Origin: Oscillospiraceae bacterium
Lineage (GTDB): Bacteria > Bacillota > Clostridia > Oscillospirales > Ruminococcaceae
NCBI GenBank assembly: GCA_029007315.1
Contig: JAQXHO010000092.1
Coordinates: 1-46,286, forward strand
Direction of reading: 5' to 3'
DNA length: 46,286 bases
Within the stretch, counting starts at the first letter, position 1; every line of letters begins with the position of its first letter. Shown here piece after piece: positions 8,766 through 17,734 of this stretch. The position numbers were made by a program, and so were the translations under genes. Below the pieces are notes generated by a model. The model was not told where the DNA came from. It did not search any database and saw only the letters and a program-made list of their open reading frames with translations.

Positions 8766-10539
8766 ATTTATAATTAACACTTATGTAGCTTCCGTCTTCC
8801 AGAATCAGATGAAGCATTCCGTTCTGCGCTCCAAGAGTCTGAATTTTTGAACCATGATCAAGCATCGGACCAAGGATCTGCTGCAGATTTTTATCAGCTG
8901 CAGCGTCAGAAGCGTAGAGTTTTCCGTCCTTCGTAATTGCAAACAGGCATGGCTTCTGTGTGTTTCCGCTTTCCCAGACAAGTTTTTTAACATTTATCCA
9001 TGATGAAACAGCCTTATATGTATCTTCATAGTTCATATTTGAGGATGAGAAAATATCATATGAAACGGTGCCGTTTTCCATAACACCAAACAGCATCGCT
9101 CCGTCAGGATCGCTGTACAACGCTGTCACATCATTCCATGTTGTAAAATCTGATTCATAGGGTGATTCATTCAGTGCAAAGCTTGCTCCGTTCTGAGTTA
9201 CCTCCATAGTTTCTTCTTTCACTGGCTCATTAAGAAGCTTAACGCTGCCGTTATCCTCAAGAATAAATGCCCTTGACCCTACAACACAGAATTCCGGTTC
9301 TGTGTCAGCCTGTTCATCATCAGATACGGTTAAGCCGGCATTTTCAGTAAATGACTGATATGTACTTTTCTGTGTTTCACTGTCTGTTTCAGAGACTTCC
9401 GTTTCTGCAGGACTGTCTTTTTCCATAAGAAATGACACTGCAAAAAGCCCCACCAGAATAAGCATAACAACAAGAGCAAATATGGCAACTGCACGGCTGG
9501 AAGGCATATGAAGCTTTTTGCCTTCCTTAGAGTCATCCTCGTCTGACATATCAAAATCATAGTAATAATTTGCACTTACCATGCGTGTGCCGAGAGTATC
9601 CGTTGTCAGTCCGAGATTTACAGCCTCACGGCAGCCCATTACAAGCTGAGCTTCACGCACCATTATTGCACGTATTTTTCTGTCACACAGCGAAAGGTAC
9701 TCAGCCGCACGTTCATTGTCACGTATTTCCATAAGAAGCTTTTTTACGTGCTTCCAGTCATCAATTGTTTCCGCGCACTTGCCTCGTTCCGTTGCCTGGT
9801 AAAGTATCCCGGATTCACGGTATTTTTTCAGTCTGTCACAGAGGACCTCGTCACCGTATTCAAGCACCTTTTCATAGTACTCAGTTTCAGACATTCTTGT
9901 TCCTGCCCGTGAAAGTTCGCCCTCACGATGTATTTGCAGCTCAGCCATCATCTTTCCGAAATAAGCCAGTGCATTTTCAGGACTATCAGTCAGCACACGG
10001 TCAAACTGCGCCATAGCCGCATCCCATGCACCGTCCTCAAGGCAAAGGAAACCTCTGTTAAGAGGATTATCGGCTTCGTTTTCCGATTCATGCTCTCCAC
10101 GGCTTCCGAAACGTGCGCTCTCAAGAAGCTTTCCGTCCTTTTCAAAAATACCACGCTGTGCCGGACTTGCATAATGCAGAACCTTCTGAAAGCTTTCATT
10201 TTCCAGTACACTTTCTTCTCCGGGTTTGCCGCAGATAATTTTATATGTGCCCTTTTCTTCTTCACTCTCGTAAACTGCTCTGTATTTTACAAGAACACCC
10301 ATCCAGTAAAGAGCCGCATCTGCCCCTCCGTCAAGGAACATATTTTCCAAATGCTCTTCAGCTTCTTCAAACATTCCACCCTGCTGAAGGCACACAAGCT
10401 CGGCATATCGCTCAAGATATTCATCACTAAGCAGCATCGGCAATGCCTGTCTTGCTCCGCAGACGCTACAAGTTGCAACAACTGCTCCGTCAATCGGCTC
10501 AAGGCTCTCGCCGCATACCTTACACAAGAATTTCGCCAT
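8764..10539 (-). CDS. Membrane protein: Zn-ribbon, TPR-like repeats, single TM, extracellular RCC1-like repeats
   Basis: CKVCG/CSVCG ribbon; TPR-like RGFLCLEDGAWDAA...PENALAYFGKMMAEL; TM AVAIFALVVMLILVGLFAVSFLM; RCC1-like 'FGVMENGTV', 'FAITKDGKLY'. Confidence 0.75.
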   Translation of the reverse strand: MAKFLCKVCGESLEPIDGAVVATCSVCGARQALPMLLSDEYLERYAELVCLQQGGMFEEAEEHLENMFLDGGADAALYWMGVLVKYRAVYESEEEKGTYKIICGKPGEESVLENESFQKVLHYASPAQRGIFEKDGKLLESARFGSRGEHESENEADNPLNRGFLCLEDGAWDAAMAQFDRVLTDSPENALAYFGKMMAELQIHREGELSRAGTRMSETEYYEKVLEYGDEVLCDRLKKYRESGILYQATERGKCAETIDDWKHVKKLLMEIRDNERAAEYLSLCDRKIRAIMVREAQLVMGCREAVNLGLTTDTLGTRMVSANYYYDFDMSDEDDSKEGKKLHMPSSRAVAIFALVVMLILVGLFAVSFLMEKDSPAETEVSETDSETQKSTYQSFTENAGLTVSDDEQADTEPEFCVVGSRAFILEDNGSVKLLNEPVKEETMEVTQNGASFALNESPYESDFTTWNDVTALYSDPDGAMLFGVMENGTVSYDIFSSSNMNYEDTYKAVSSWINVKKLVWESGNTQKPCLFAITKDGKLYASDAAADKNLQQILGPMLDHGSKIQTLGAQNGMLHLILEDGSYISVNYK

Positions 10540-10615
10540 AAACTACTCCATAATACACAGTTCAAAGAACTGCAGATAATCAGATATGCTAATCCGTACA
10601 AATATATATACTATT

Positions 10616-10644
10616 ATTATACCTTTTTTTCACTTCAAGGTCAA
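10616..10644 (-). promoter_or_regulatory. sigmaA promoter of the Zn-ribbon/TPR gene
   Basis: Minus strand TTGACC-17-TATAAT. Confidence 0.75.
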
Positions 10645-10959
10645 GAGGATTCAAACACTTTGTTTTCACAGAATGCCATTTTGAACATTTCGCAGAACAT
10701 ACAGCATGATTTTCAGTCATTTTGACTATTAAAGCATATATAAAACAAGTTGTTATCACATAATTGTTACGTATTGTTCATAAAAATATTGATAAAATAC
10801 CTATTCCCATATCAAAAAAATATGTTATAATAAATACAACTGCATTTATTTATGCCTCTGCAGGTATGTGAACAGTTTTTACCTGCATACATGGCAAATA
10901 CAGCATATTCCAAAAAATCTGCTGTAATAAATACTAATACTTTTAAGGAGATATTTTTT

Positions 10960-11754
10960 ATGAAAAAATGCAAGGTTTCACTTCTGCTGCTGATATGCAC
11001 AGTTATGCTGTCAGGCTGCGGAAATACCATAGATTCAGAACCTTCATCATCTGTTCTGCAAACTGATGCTACAAGTGAAATAAGCACCTCTGCTGAAGAA
11101 AACGCAGAATTATATACCGAGCCTGCAACAGAAAAGGCACCTCTCATTACTGTTGATGTTTTGCCGGATTATTTCCAGATAAACGTTACACCGCTGCTTC
11201 AGAATCCGGAACTTCCGTCAGGCTGTGAAATAACATCACTAACCTGTCTGCTGAATTACCTTGGTTATACCGTAGACAAGGAGATCATGGCAACAACATA
11301 TCTTGACTACGTACTGGAAAACGGCACAAATTACTCGTTTTACGAAAAATACATAGGCGACCCTCATGTCAACGGATACGGCTGTTATTCGCCGGTTATC
11401 GTAAAGGCAGCAACAAATTTCCTCTCTGACCAGAACAGCAGTCTTGAGGCTGTGAATATTTCCGGTAGCTCAAAGGAGGATATACTGAAAACAGTTGCCA
11501 GCGGACATCCTGTTGTTATATGGAACACACTCAGCACGATACTTGCTGAGGAATCCTTCGTCTGGACAACTCCGGGCGGCAAAGATGTTTACTGGAGCAA
11601 ATATGAACACTGTATGCTGCTGACAGGGTACAACATGACCGACGGAACTGTTACAGTATGCGATCCGATGAAGGGCGAAGTCCAGTACAATATGAACCAG
11701 TTTTTCACCGTATATAACGAAGTAATGCACCAGCAGGCAATGACTATTTACTGA
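10960..11754 (+). CDS. Lipoprotein with a C39-like (Peptidase_C39_2) cysteine peptidase domain
   Basis: Start at ATG 10960 (RBS AAGGAG). Lipobox LSGC; QNPELPSGCEITSL (Cys), EHC.LLTGY (His), CDP (Asp). Confidence 0.85.
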   Translation: MKKCKVSLLLLICTVMLSGCGNTIDSEPSSSVLQTDATSEISTSAEENAELYTEPATEKAPLITVDVLPDYFQINVTPLLQNPELPSGCEITSLTCLLNYLGYTVDKEIMATTYLDYVLENGTNYSFYEKYIGDPHVNGYGCYSPVIVKAATNFLSDQNSSLEAVNISGSSKEDILKTVASGHPVVIWNTLSTILAEESFVWTTPGGKDVYWSKYEHCMLLTGYNMTDGTVTVCDPMKGEVQYNMNQFFTVYNEVMHQQAMTIY

Positions 11755-12233
11755 TTATTCTCTGTGAAATACTCAGCAGTTATTTCAGCAGCCATTTCCA
11801 CAAGTTCTCTGCAGGGACGTTTCTTATAGTATTCCGGAGTACGTTTTTCCGGAACAAAGCTGTCCGCACCCTTCTTTTCAAGACCAAGCAGTTCACGGCA
11901 GACTATACTGCCGTTTTTTTCCTTAAACCGCCCGGCAAGCTCCTGAATCCGCTTGTAATGGGCGGTTTTTTCTGCGTGATCATTCGGGTCAGAGCTGCCG
12001 GCAAGCATACCGGCTGTCATAAACATTCCGCTTACAGCTCCGCAGACCTCTCTTAATCTTCCCATTCCGCCGCCGAAGGAGGAAGAAAGTCTTGCAGCTG
12101 CATCGGCAGAAATATCCAGTTCCGGTGCAAAAGCAAGAAACACAGCCTGGCAGCAGTTATAACCTTCTGCGAAGTATTCTCCAGCGGCTTTTGAATATTC
12201 ACAGGGACTTTTTTTCAGAACAATATTTCCCAT
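11748..12233 (-). CDS. C_GCAxxG_C_C family putative redox protein
   Basis: YNCCQAV, GGGMG..REVCGAVSG, IVCRELL, PCRELV. Confidence 0.88.
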   Translation of the reverse strand: MGNIVLKKSPCEYSKAAGEYFAEGYNCCQAVFLAFAPELDISADAAARLSSSFGGGMGRLREVCGAVSGMFMTAGMLAGSSDPNDHAEKTAHYKRIQELAGRFKEKNGSIVCRELLGLEKKGADSFVPEKRTPEYYKKRPCRELVEMAAEITAEYFTENNQ

Positions 12234-12239
12234 ATACGT

Positions 12240-14879
12240 TTACATCTCCTTATTCTTTTTTACGATTGATCCTGCACTGATATGTGCGGATTTAAGATTT
12301 GACATTTCAATATATTCATCTATCTCACGTTTTGCATGGCGAACTTCTTCATAAAATTCCGAAGCGGACATACGGTAGGCTCCTCCGCCCAGTATGATTA
12401 TCTGTTCAAGTCTGTCTGATGTTGCTACTCTCACATGATAATCACGGCTCAGGTCATGGGCTGCACGTTCGATGTATGAGTCGGCTGTTTCAGCTTCCTT
12501 TGTATAGATCACATGAATACCGCCAATCTCTTCCTCTGAACCTGGATTTCCCTTGACCCTGTATGCATCGAAAACTACAATAATATCGCATTTTCGCACA
12601 CCCTTGTAATTTATCATCATCTCAATGAGCCTGTGACGTGCATTTTCCAGGTTTTCATCAGATATTTTCTTCAGTTCTTCCCATGCGAATATAATATTGT
12701 ATCCGTCCACAAGGATGTATTCCTTTATGGGCTTTTGCGGAGCTGCTGTTTCATATATCACGTTTTCATTCTTCTGAGTATGCAAAGCACTTCTGTCATC
12801 ACGGTTGATTTTTCCGTATGTTCTCTCAAATATTGCCATAAGCTCCTTGTCTTCCTGAAGACTTCCGCTGTATGACCCTTTGGAATATGACGGTGGCAAT
12901 GCAGCTTCACTTTGCTGTTCCGGCATATTCTCTGGAAACTCTTTTCTGTAGGGCAGGTGCATATACTCCGGCACCTTATCCCATTTAACAAGGAATCCGG
13001 CACCATGGGAACAGAACACTGAATCTGCTGAATTTTCCGTATCACTGTCGGGATCGTAACCGATTTTTTCTGTAATTTCTTCAGCTTTTCTGCATTCGTC
13101 ATAGCCGTCCGGCGTACAGCTTATCCTGCCTTTTCCCTGCGTAAACGCTGTTATTTCTGATATATAGTCCTGCAGTTCTGCCGCTGAACATCTGCCGGTT
13201 ATTACCGTCATTTCTCCGGCAGTTTCGGGTGATGAAAATTCAGCCTCCATTCTTCTGAGATCAGTCATTACACGTCCGGTCTGAGCGCATGGCACTTCTA
13301 TGCGAAAATTATAGTACGGCTCTAAAAGAATACTCTTTGCCATACGGAGGCCCTGTCTTACTGCTCTGTATGTAGCCTGACGAAAATCTCCGCCTTCTGT
13401 ATGCTTCTGATGCGCTTTTCCGGATACAAGGGTAAAGCGGACATCGGTAACCGGCGAACCTGTCAGAACGCCAATATGGGTCTTTTCCTGCAAATGGGTC
13501 AGTATCAGTCTTTGCCAATTTTTATCAAGGAGATCCTCTGAGCAGTCCGTGCAGAATTCCAGCCCGCTGTTTCTGGGAAGAGGTTCAATAAGAATATGAG
13601 CTTCCGCATAATGGCGAAGAGGTTCATAATGGCCTACGCCTTCTATTGATGATTCAATGGTTTCCTTGTAAACTATCCCGCCCTTGTCAAATTCAGCCGC
13701 AATACCAAATCTGTCACAGATTATTTTTGACATGACTTCCAGCTGTACTGCTCCCATAAGTTCGATGTGTATTTCAGAGAGCCGTTCATTCCACACTATA
13801 TTAAGCTCAGGATTTTCTTCTTCAAGACGCCTTAGTTTTTCCAGAGCCTTAACCGGATCTGTTCCGTCCAGAATCAAAAGGCGATATGTCATTATCGGCT
13901 GAAGTACAGGTTTTGATGTATGTTTTTCAAAGCCAAGACCCATACCGCTTCGGGTAAAATCAAGACCTGCCGCCGCACAGACAGTGCCTGCTTCAGCTTC
14001 ATCAACAGTCTTGTACTTGTTACCCGAATAAATGCGTATCTGGTTTACCTTTTCAGTTACATCACTGCCTTTGGAGGAAATTCCGCTGAGCTGTGAGCGA
14101 ACTTTAAGGCTGCCGCCTGTGATTTTCATATACGTAAGACGATTGCCGTTCTCATCAGTGGATATCTTGAAGACTCTTGCTCCGAATTCCTTCGGATATT
14201 CCGGTGTTTCAGTGTATATATCCAGACATTCAAGCAGTTCGTCTATGCCTTCGATTTTCCGGGCAGAGCCGAATATACATGGAAAAATCTTTCTGTTCAT
14301 TACAGCAGATGATATATCATCATCTGAAAGCGTTCCATTTTCAAGGAAAAGGTCCAGAAGGCATTCCTCGCAAAGAGAGAGCTGCTCATAAAACATTTCA
14401 TCTTCTCTGTCTGTAAAATCTGCACAGCCGGGACTGAGCCTTTTTTTAATCTCCCGAAGAATGTCATCCGGTTCCCTATCGGATATATCCATTTTATTTA
14501 CAAATATAAATACAGGTATATTGTATTTTTCCAGAAGCTTCCACAGTGTTTCCGTGTGGCTCTGAATTCCGGCAGCTGCACTAATAACAAGAACAGCTGC
14601 GTCCAGAACCTGAAGTGTACGTTCCATTTCCGCAGAGAAATCAACATGACCCGGCGTATCTAAAAGAGTTATCTCTGTTTCCTTCAAGCTCAGAACAGCC
14701 TGCTTTGAAAAAATCGTAATACCTCTCTGTTTTTCCAGTGAATGCGTATCAAGAAAAGCGTCGCCGTGATCCACTCTTCCGACTTTTCGTATTTCTCCCG
14801 AACGGTAAAGCATTGCCTCGGAAAGGGTGGTTTTCCCGGAGTCAACGTGGGCAAGCAGTCCTGCTGCAATTTTTTTCAT
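12240..14879 (-). CDS. TetM/TetO-like translational GTPase fused to a C-terminal NYN (YacP/Rae1-like) domain
   Basis: AHVDSGKTT, RGITI, DTPGH, NKMD G-motifs; EF-G domains II-V; C-terminal LVDGYN..VVFDAY..ETADSYIE..VATSD. Confidence 0.9.
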   Translation of the reverse strand: MKKIAAGLLAHVDSGKTTLSEAMLYRSGEIRKVGRVDHGDAFLDTHSLEKQRGITIFSKQAVLSLKETEITLLDTPGHVDFSAEMERTLQVLDAAVLVISAAAGIQSHTETLWKLLEKYNIPVFIFVNKMDISDREPDDILREIKKRLSPGCADFTDREDEMFYEQLSLCEECLLDLFLENGTLSDDDISSAVMNRKIFPCIFGSARKIEGIDELLECLDIYTETPEYPKEFGARVFKISTDENGNRLTYMKITGGSLKVRSQLSGISSKGSDVTEKVNQIRIYSGNKYKTVDEAEAGTVCAAAGLDFTRSGMGLGFEKHTSKPVLQPIMTYRLLILDGTDPVKALEKLRRLEEENPELNIVWNERLSEIHIELMGAVQLEVMSKIICDRFGIAAEFDKGGIVYKETIESSIEGVGHYEPLRHYAEAHILIEPLPRNSGLEFCTDCSEDLLDKNWQRLILTHLQEKTHIGVLTGSPVTDVRFTLVSGKAHQKHTEGGDFRQATYRAVRQGLRMAKSILLEPYYNFRIEVPCAQTGRVMTDLRRMEAEFSSPETAGEMTVITGRCSAAELQDYISEITAFTQGKGRISCTPDGYDECRKAEEITEKIGYDPDSDTENSADSVFCSHGAGFLVKWDKVPEYMHLPYRKEFPENMPEQQSEAALPPSYSKGSYSGSLQEDKELMAIFERTYGKINRDDRSALHTQKNENVIYETAAPQKPIKEYILVDGYNIIFAWEELKKISDENLENARHRLIEMMINYKGVRKCDIIVVFDAYRVKGNPGSEEEIGGIHVIYTKEAETADSYIERAAHDLSRDYHVRVATSDRLEQIIILGGGAYRMSASEFYEEVRHAKREIDEYIEMSNLKSAHISAGSIVKKNKEM

Positions 14880-14883
14880 TTAA

Positions 14884-17508
14884 TCATCCTTTGCCTAAAA
14901 TATCTTCCCATGAAACCGGCAGACCGGCAGCTCTCATAGCGTAGTAAGTCAGTATAAGCGCTGCATCTTGAATAGTTATTTCACCGTCTTTATTGACATC
15001 GGCATTTTTAAACAGACGCCTGTTTTCTTTTTCTGAATCAGAGAAATTCGCCGGCATACCTGCCGCTTCATTTGCATAATATGACAAAACATTGGCAGCG
15101 TCAGCAATTTCAATTTTCTTATTTCCGTCACTGTCGCCGGGAAGAGTTGCCTGGGTTGTAGTGGTAGTTGTTGTTGTCGTTGTTGTTGTGGTGGTGGTAG
15201 TAGTTGTCGTTGTAGTGGTTGTAGTAGTTGTAGTAGTAGTAGTAGTTGTTGTTGTAGTGGTAGTTGGTCTTGTTGTAGTTGTGGTGGTGGTAGTTGTTGT
15301 GGTTGTGGTCTGTCTTGTGGGGAGTGTTTTTGTAATATGAGTTTCAGTAAAAGGAGGTCTTGTTACAATAATAGTCGGCCTTGTAGTGGTAGTGGTTGTG
15401 ACTGCTGAGGTAGTTGTTGTTTCTTCAGATGTTGTTGTGTCGTGCGTTGTATCAGCAGTTGAAGTCGTGGTATCTGTTGTTGTTTCTGTAGTGACCGTAG
15501 TGGTTTCAGTGGTTGTTTCTGAATGCGATGTAGTTGTCGTAGTGGTTTCAGTTGTAGTTTCCGTAGGTGCCGTAGTAACTGTAGTAGTTTCAGTTGTAGT
15601 TTCCGTAGGTGCTGTAGTAACTGTAGTAGTTTCAGTTGTTGTTTCCGTAGGTACTGTCGTTATTGTAGTGGTTTCGGTGGTTGTTTCTGTAGTTGTTGTG
15701 AATGTTGTAGTTTCGGTGGTTGTTTCTGTAGTTGTTGTGAATGTTGTAGTTTCGGTGGTTGTATCTGTAGTTGTTGTGAATGTTGTAGTTTCGGTGGTTG
15801 TATCTGTAGTTGTTGTGAATGTTGTGGTTTCGGTGGTTGTATCTGTGGTTGTTGTAAATGTAGTGGTTTCAGTGGTTGTATCTGTGGTTGTTGTGAATGT
15901 TGCAGTTTCGGCAGTTGTATATGTTGTTGTCGTTGATGTTGTGGGCCTTGTTGTTCTTCGTGTGGTTGACGATACTTTTGAGGTTTCAGTTGTGGTTTCT
16001 GTGGTTGTGGTTGTTGTGGCTTTTGTGGTTGTGGCAGTGTATCCCTCAATATGTCCCACAACAATATTCACATATCCGGTTTCTGCGGATATTTTTCCCT
16101 CATATTTAAACAGATTTCTTCTGTTATCGCCAATCCATGCCCAGTTACCGACGTTGCCATTTTGCGGCAGATTTTCAGCATAGACAGGAAACGGATAATA
16201 ATATACACCCGCTGCTTCATCTTTCTGCTTTTCAATGCCGTATTTTTCCGCAGCGGCATTAACTGTATCAAGGTCAGCTGTTTTATATACAAAATAACAT
16301 ATCATCTGACCTTCGTCTGAAGAAGGCAGAGGAACCTTAGTGCTGCGCATAAGAAACACATTATTTTTATCATCGTACCAGCTGTATGCCTGCATCGTGG
16401 TGCCGTAGTTATTTCCATTAATATCCTTCCATGGCGTCAGTACCTCAGACGCAGCGTCACTCAGTCCGAAATCGCATTTAAACGTTTTGAGATCTTCTTT
16501 ATAGTTATAAGCAACAGCACCGATGACAGATTGTTCACTGTTGGGATATACATATCTGCTTACCGCGTTTTTAAAACTTTCATCCATTGACGCACCTTCC
16601 ATGCGTACACGAATCATGTCATTTGTTGTGGTGGCAGATGTTGTATATGTTGTTATAGTTTCCGTGAATGATGTATTGCTTGTGGTTTCAGTTGTGGTTT
16701 CTTCCGCAGAAGTTTCACTTGTGGTTTCTGTAACAGTTTCTGTTGTATTAGTAGGTCCTGCGGAAGTCAGAGTTGTTATTTCCATAGTTTCAGTTATGGT
16801 TTCAGTTGTGGTTTCTTCCGCAGAAGTTTCACTTGTGGTTTCTGTAGCAGTTTCTGTTGTATTAGTAGGCCCTGCGGAAGTAAGAGATGTTATTTCCGTA
16901 GTTTCAGTTGTGGTTTCAGTTGTAGTTTCTTCCGTATAAGTTTCGCTTGTGGTTTCTGAAATAGTTTCAGTAGTATCAGACGCAGTTGTTTCCGTTGTAG
17001 TTTCGGCGGTGGTTTCTTCTGTAGAAATTTCACTTGAAGTTTCTGTGACAGTTTCTGTTGTATCAGATGCAATTGTTTCTGATGTTGTTTCTTCTGCTGA
17101 GGTTTCGCTTGTTATTTCCGAAATAACTGATGTTTCATAGGTTGCGGTTGTTGTTTCTGAAACAGTCGTAACAGCCGGATCTGTATAATCGCACCAGATA
17201 CAGCTGCCTTGATTAAGAATATGATTCTCATTCGTAACTTCTCCGCAGTACAGACACACCTTGATGTGTGTTCCGTCAAAATTATCCTCACACAAAAATG
17301 AATCTTCAAAAGAAGGCATGTCAAAGCACTCTTCACAATACGTGATATGTGTTCCGTCATCTCCTGTAATACATACGAAACTATGTTCACATACCGCATT
17401 GTTATTATCTGCCGCAAGAGCGCTGGCAGTAACTGTGATAAATAACAGAACTACAGCGGTAATTACCGAAATGATCCTTTCCATAAAGTTGTTTTTTTTG
17501 CTGTTCAT
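14884..17508 (-). CDS. Large secreted mucin-like dockerin protein with Cys/His repeats and a central cohesin-like domain
   Basis: Signal peptide (ALA); H..CxxC repeats; Thr/Glu/Ser linkers; ~190-aa central globular domain; C-terminal dockerin GDSDGNKKIEIADAANVLSYYA...ADVNKDGEITIQDAALILTYYA...SWEDIL. Confidence 0.8.
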   Translation of the reverse strand: MNSKKNNFMERIISVITAVVLLFITVTASALAADNNNAVCEHSFVCITGDDGTHITYCEECFDMPSFEDSFLCEDNFDGTHIKVCLYCGEVTNENHILNQGSCIWCDYTDPAVTTVSETTTATYETSVISEITSETSAEETTSETIASDTTETVTETSSEISTEETTAETTTETTASDTTETISETTSETYTEETTTETTTETTEITSLTSAGPTNTTETATETTSETSAEETTTETITETMEITTLTSAGPTNTTETVTETTSETSAEETTTETTSNTSFTETITTYTTSATTTNDMIRVRMEGASMDESFKNAVSRYVYPNSEQSVIGAVAYNYKEDLKTFKCDFGLSDAASEVLTPWKDINGNNYGTTMQAYSWYDDKNNVFLMRSTKVPLPSSDEGQMICYFVYKTADLDTVNAAAEKYGIEKQKDEAAGVYYYPFPVYAENLPQNGNVGNWAWIGDNRRNLFKYEGKISAETGYVNIVVGHIEGYTATTTKATTTTTTETTTETSKVSSTTRRTTRPTTSTTTTYTTAETATFTTTTDTTTETTTFTTTTDTTTETTTFTTTTDTTTETTTFTTTTDTTTETTTFTTTTETTTETTTFTTTTETTTETTTITTVPTETTTETTTVTTAPTETTTETTTVTTAPTETTTETTTTTTSHSETTTETTTVTTETTTDTTTSTADTTHDTTTSEETTTTSAVTTTTTTRPTIIVTRPPFTETHITKTLPTRQTTTTTTTTTTTTTRPTTTTTTTTTTTTTTTTTTTTTTTTTTTTTTTTTTTTTQATLPGDSDGNKKIEIADAANVLSYYANEAAGMPANFSDSEKENRRLFKNADVNKDGEITIQDAALILTYYAMRAAGLPVSWEDILGKG
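15150..15910 (-). repeat. Poly-Thr linker with 42-bp (x3) and 39-bp (x~6) tandem repeats
   Basis: CCGTAGGT recurs at 15561/15603/15645 (TETTTETTTVTTAP). GTTTCGGTGG recurs with a 39-bp period from 15671 (TFTTTTDTTTETT). Confidence 0.85.
16684..16934 (-). repeat. 114-bp tandem repeat (38 aa), about 2.2 copies
   Basis: GGTTTCAGTTGT.GTTTCTTCCG starts at 16684, 16798 and 16912; peptide LTSAGPTNTTET occurs twice. Confidence 0.85.
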
Positions 17509-17734
17509 TAGATCCTCTCCTGATTATGAATTAAGTTTTTTTGTCTTCTGAAGCCGCTTTTCTGTTGTCCCTCAAAGAAAAACGGCAGTAAAGTCATTAT
17601 GATAAATGCTTTGCAATTATTGTATCACAAAATCAAAGAATTTGTGATACAATTGCTCGATATGCAGGGAGCAAATCTTTGATTTGCGTATCTTCAAGGG
17701 CATAAAAATAAATTATAATAGATGCTTTGCATTT

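Noticed and set aside
2910-10725. Long antisense ORFs 2910-3536 and 9928-10725 (and other short shadow ORFs)
   Set aside because: They lie opposite well-supported genes, show no recognisable motifs and have no RBS.
12240-14879. Tetracycline resistance gene (tetM/tetO/tetW)
   Set aside because: It is 879 aa with an NYN fusion, divergent from true RPPs, and has no mobile context.
15540-15910. CRISPR-like periodic repeats
   Set aside because: The repeats are contiguous, in-frame and lack unique spacers, and there are no cas genes.
15092-17140. Poly-Val and Cys-rich antisense ORFs, and Gln/Pro-rich alternate-frame ORFs (also 7524-7762)
   Set aside because: These are shadow frames of ACN (Thr) repeats with no RBS.
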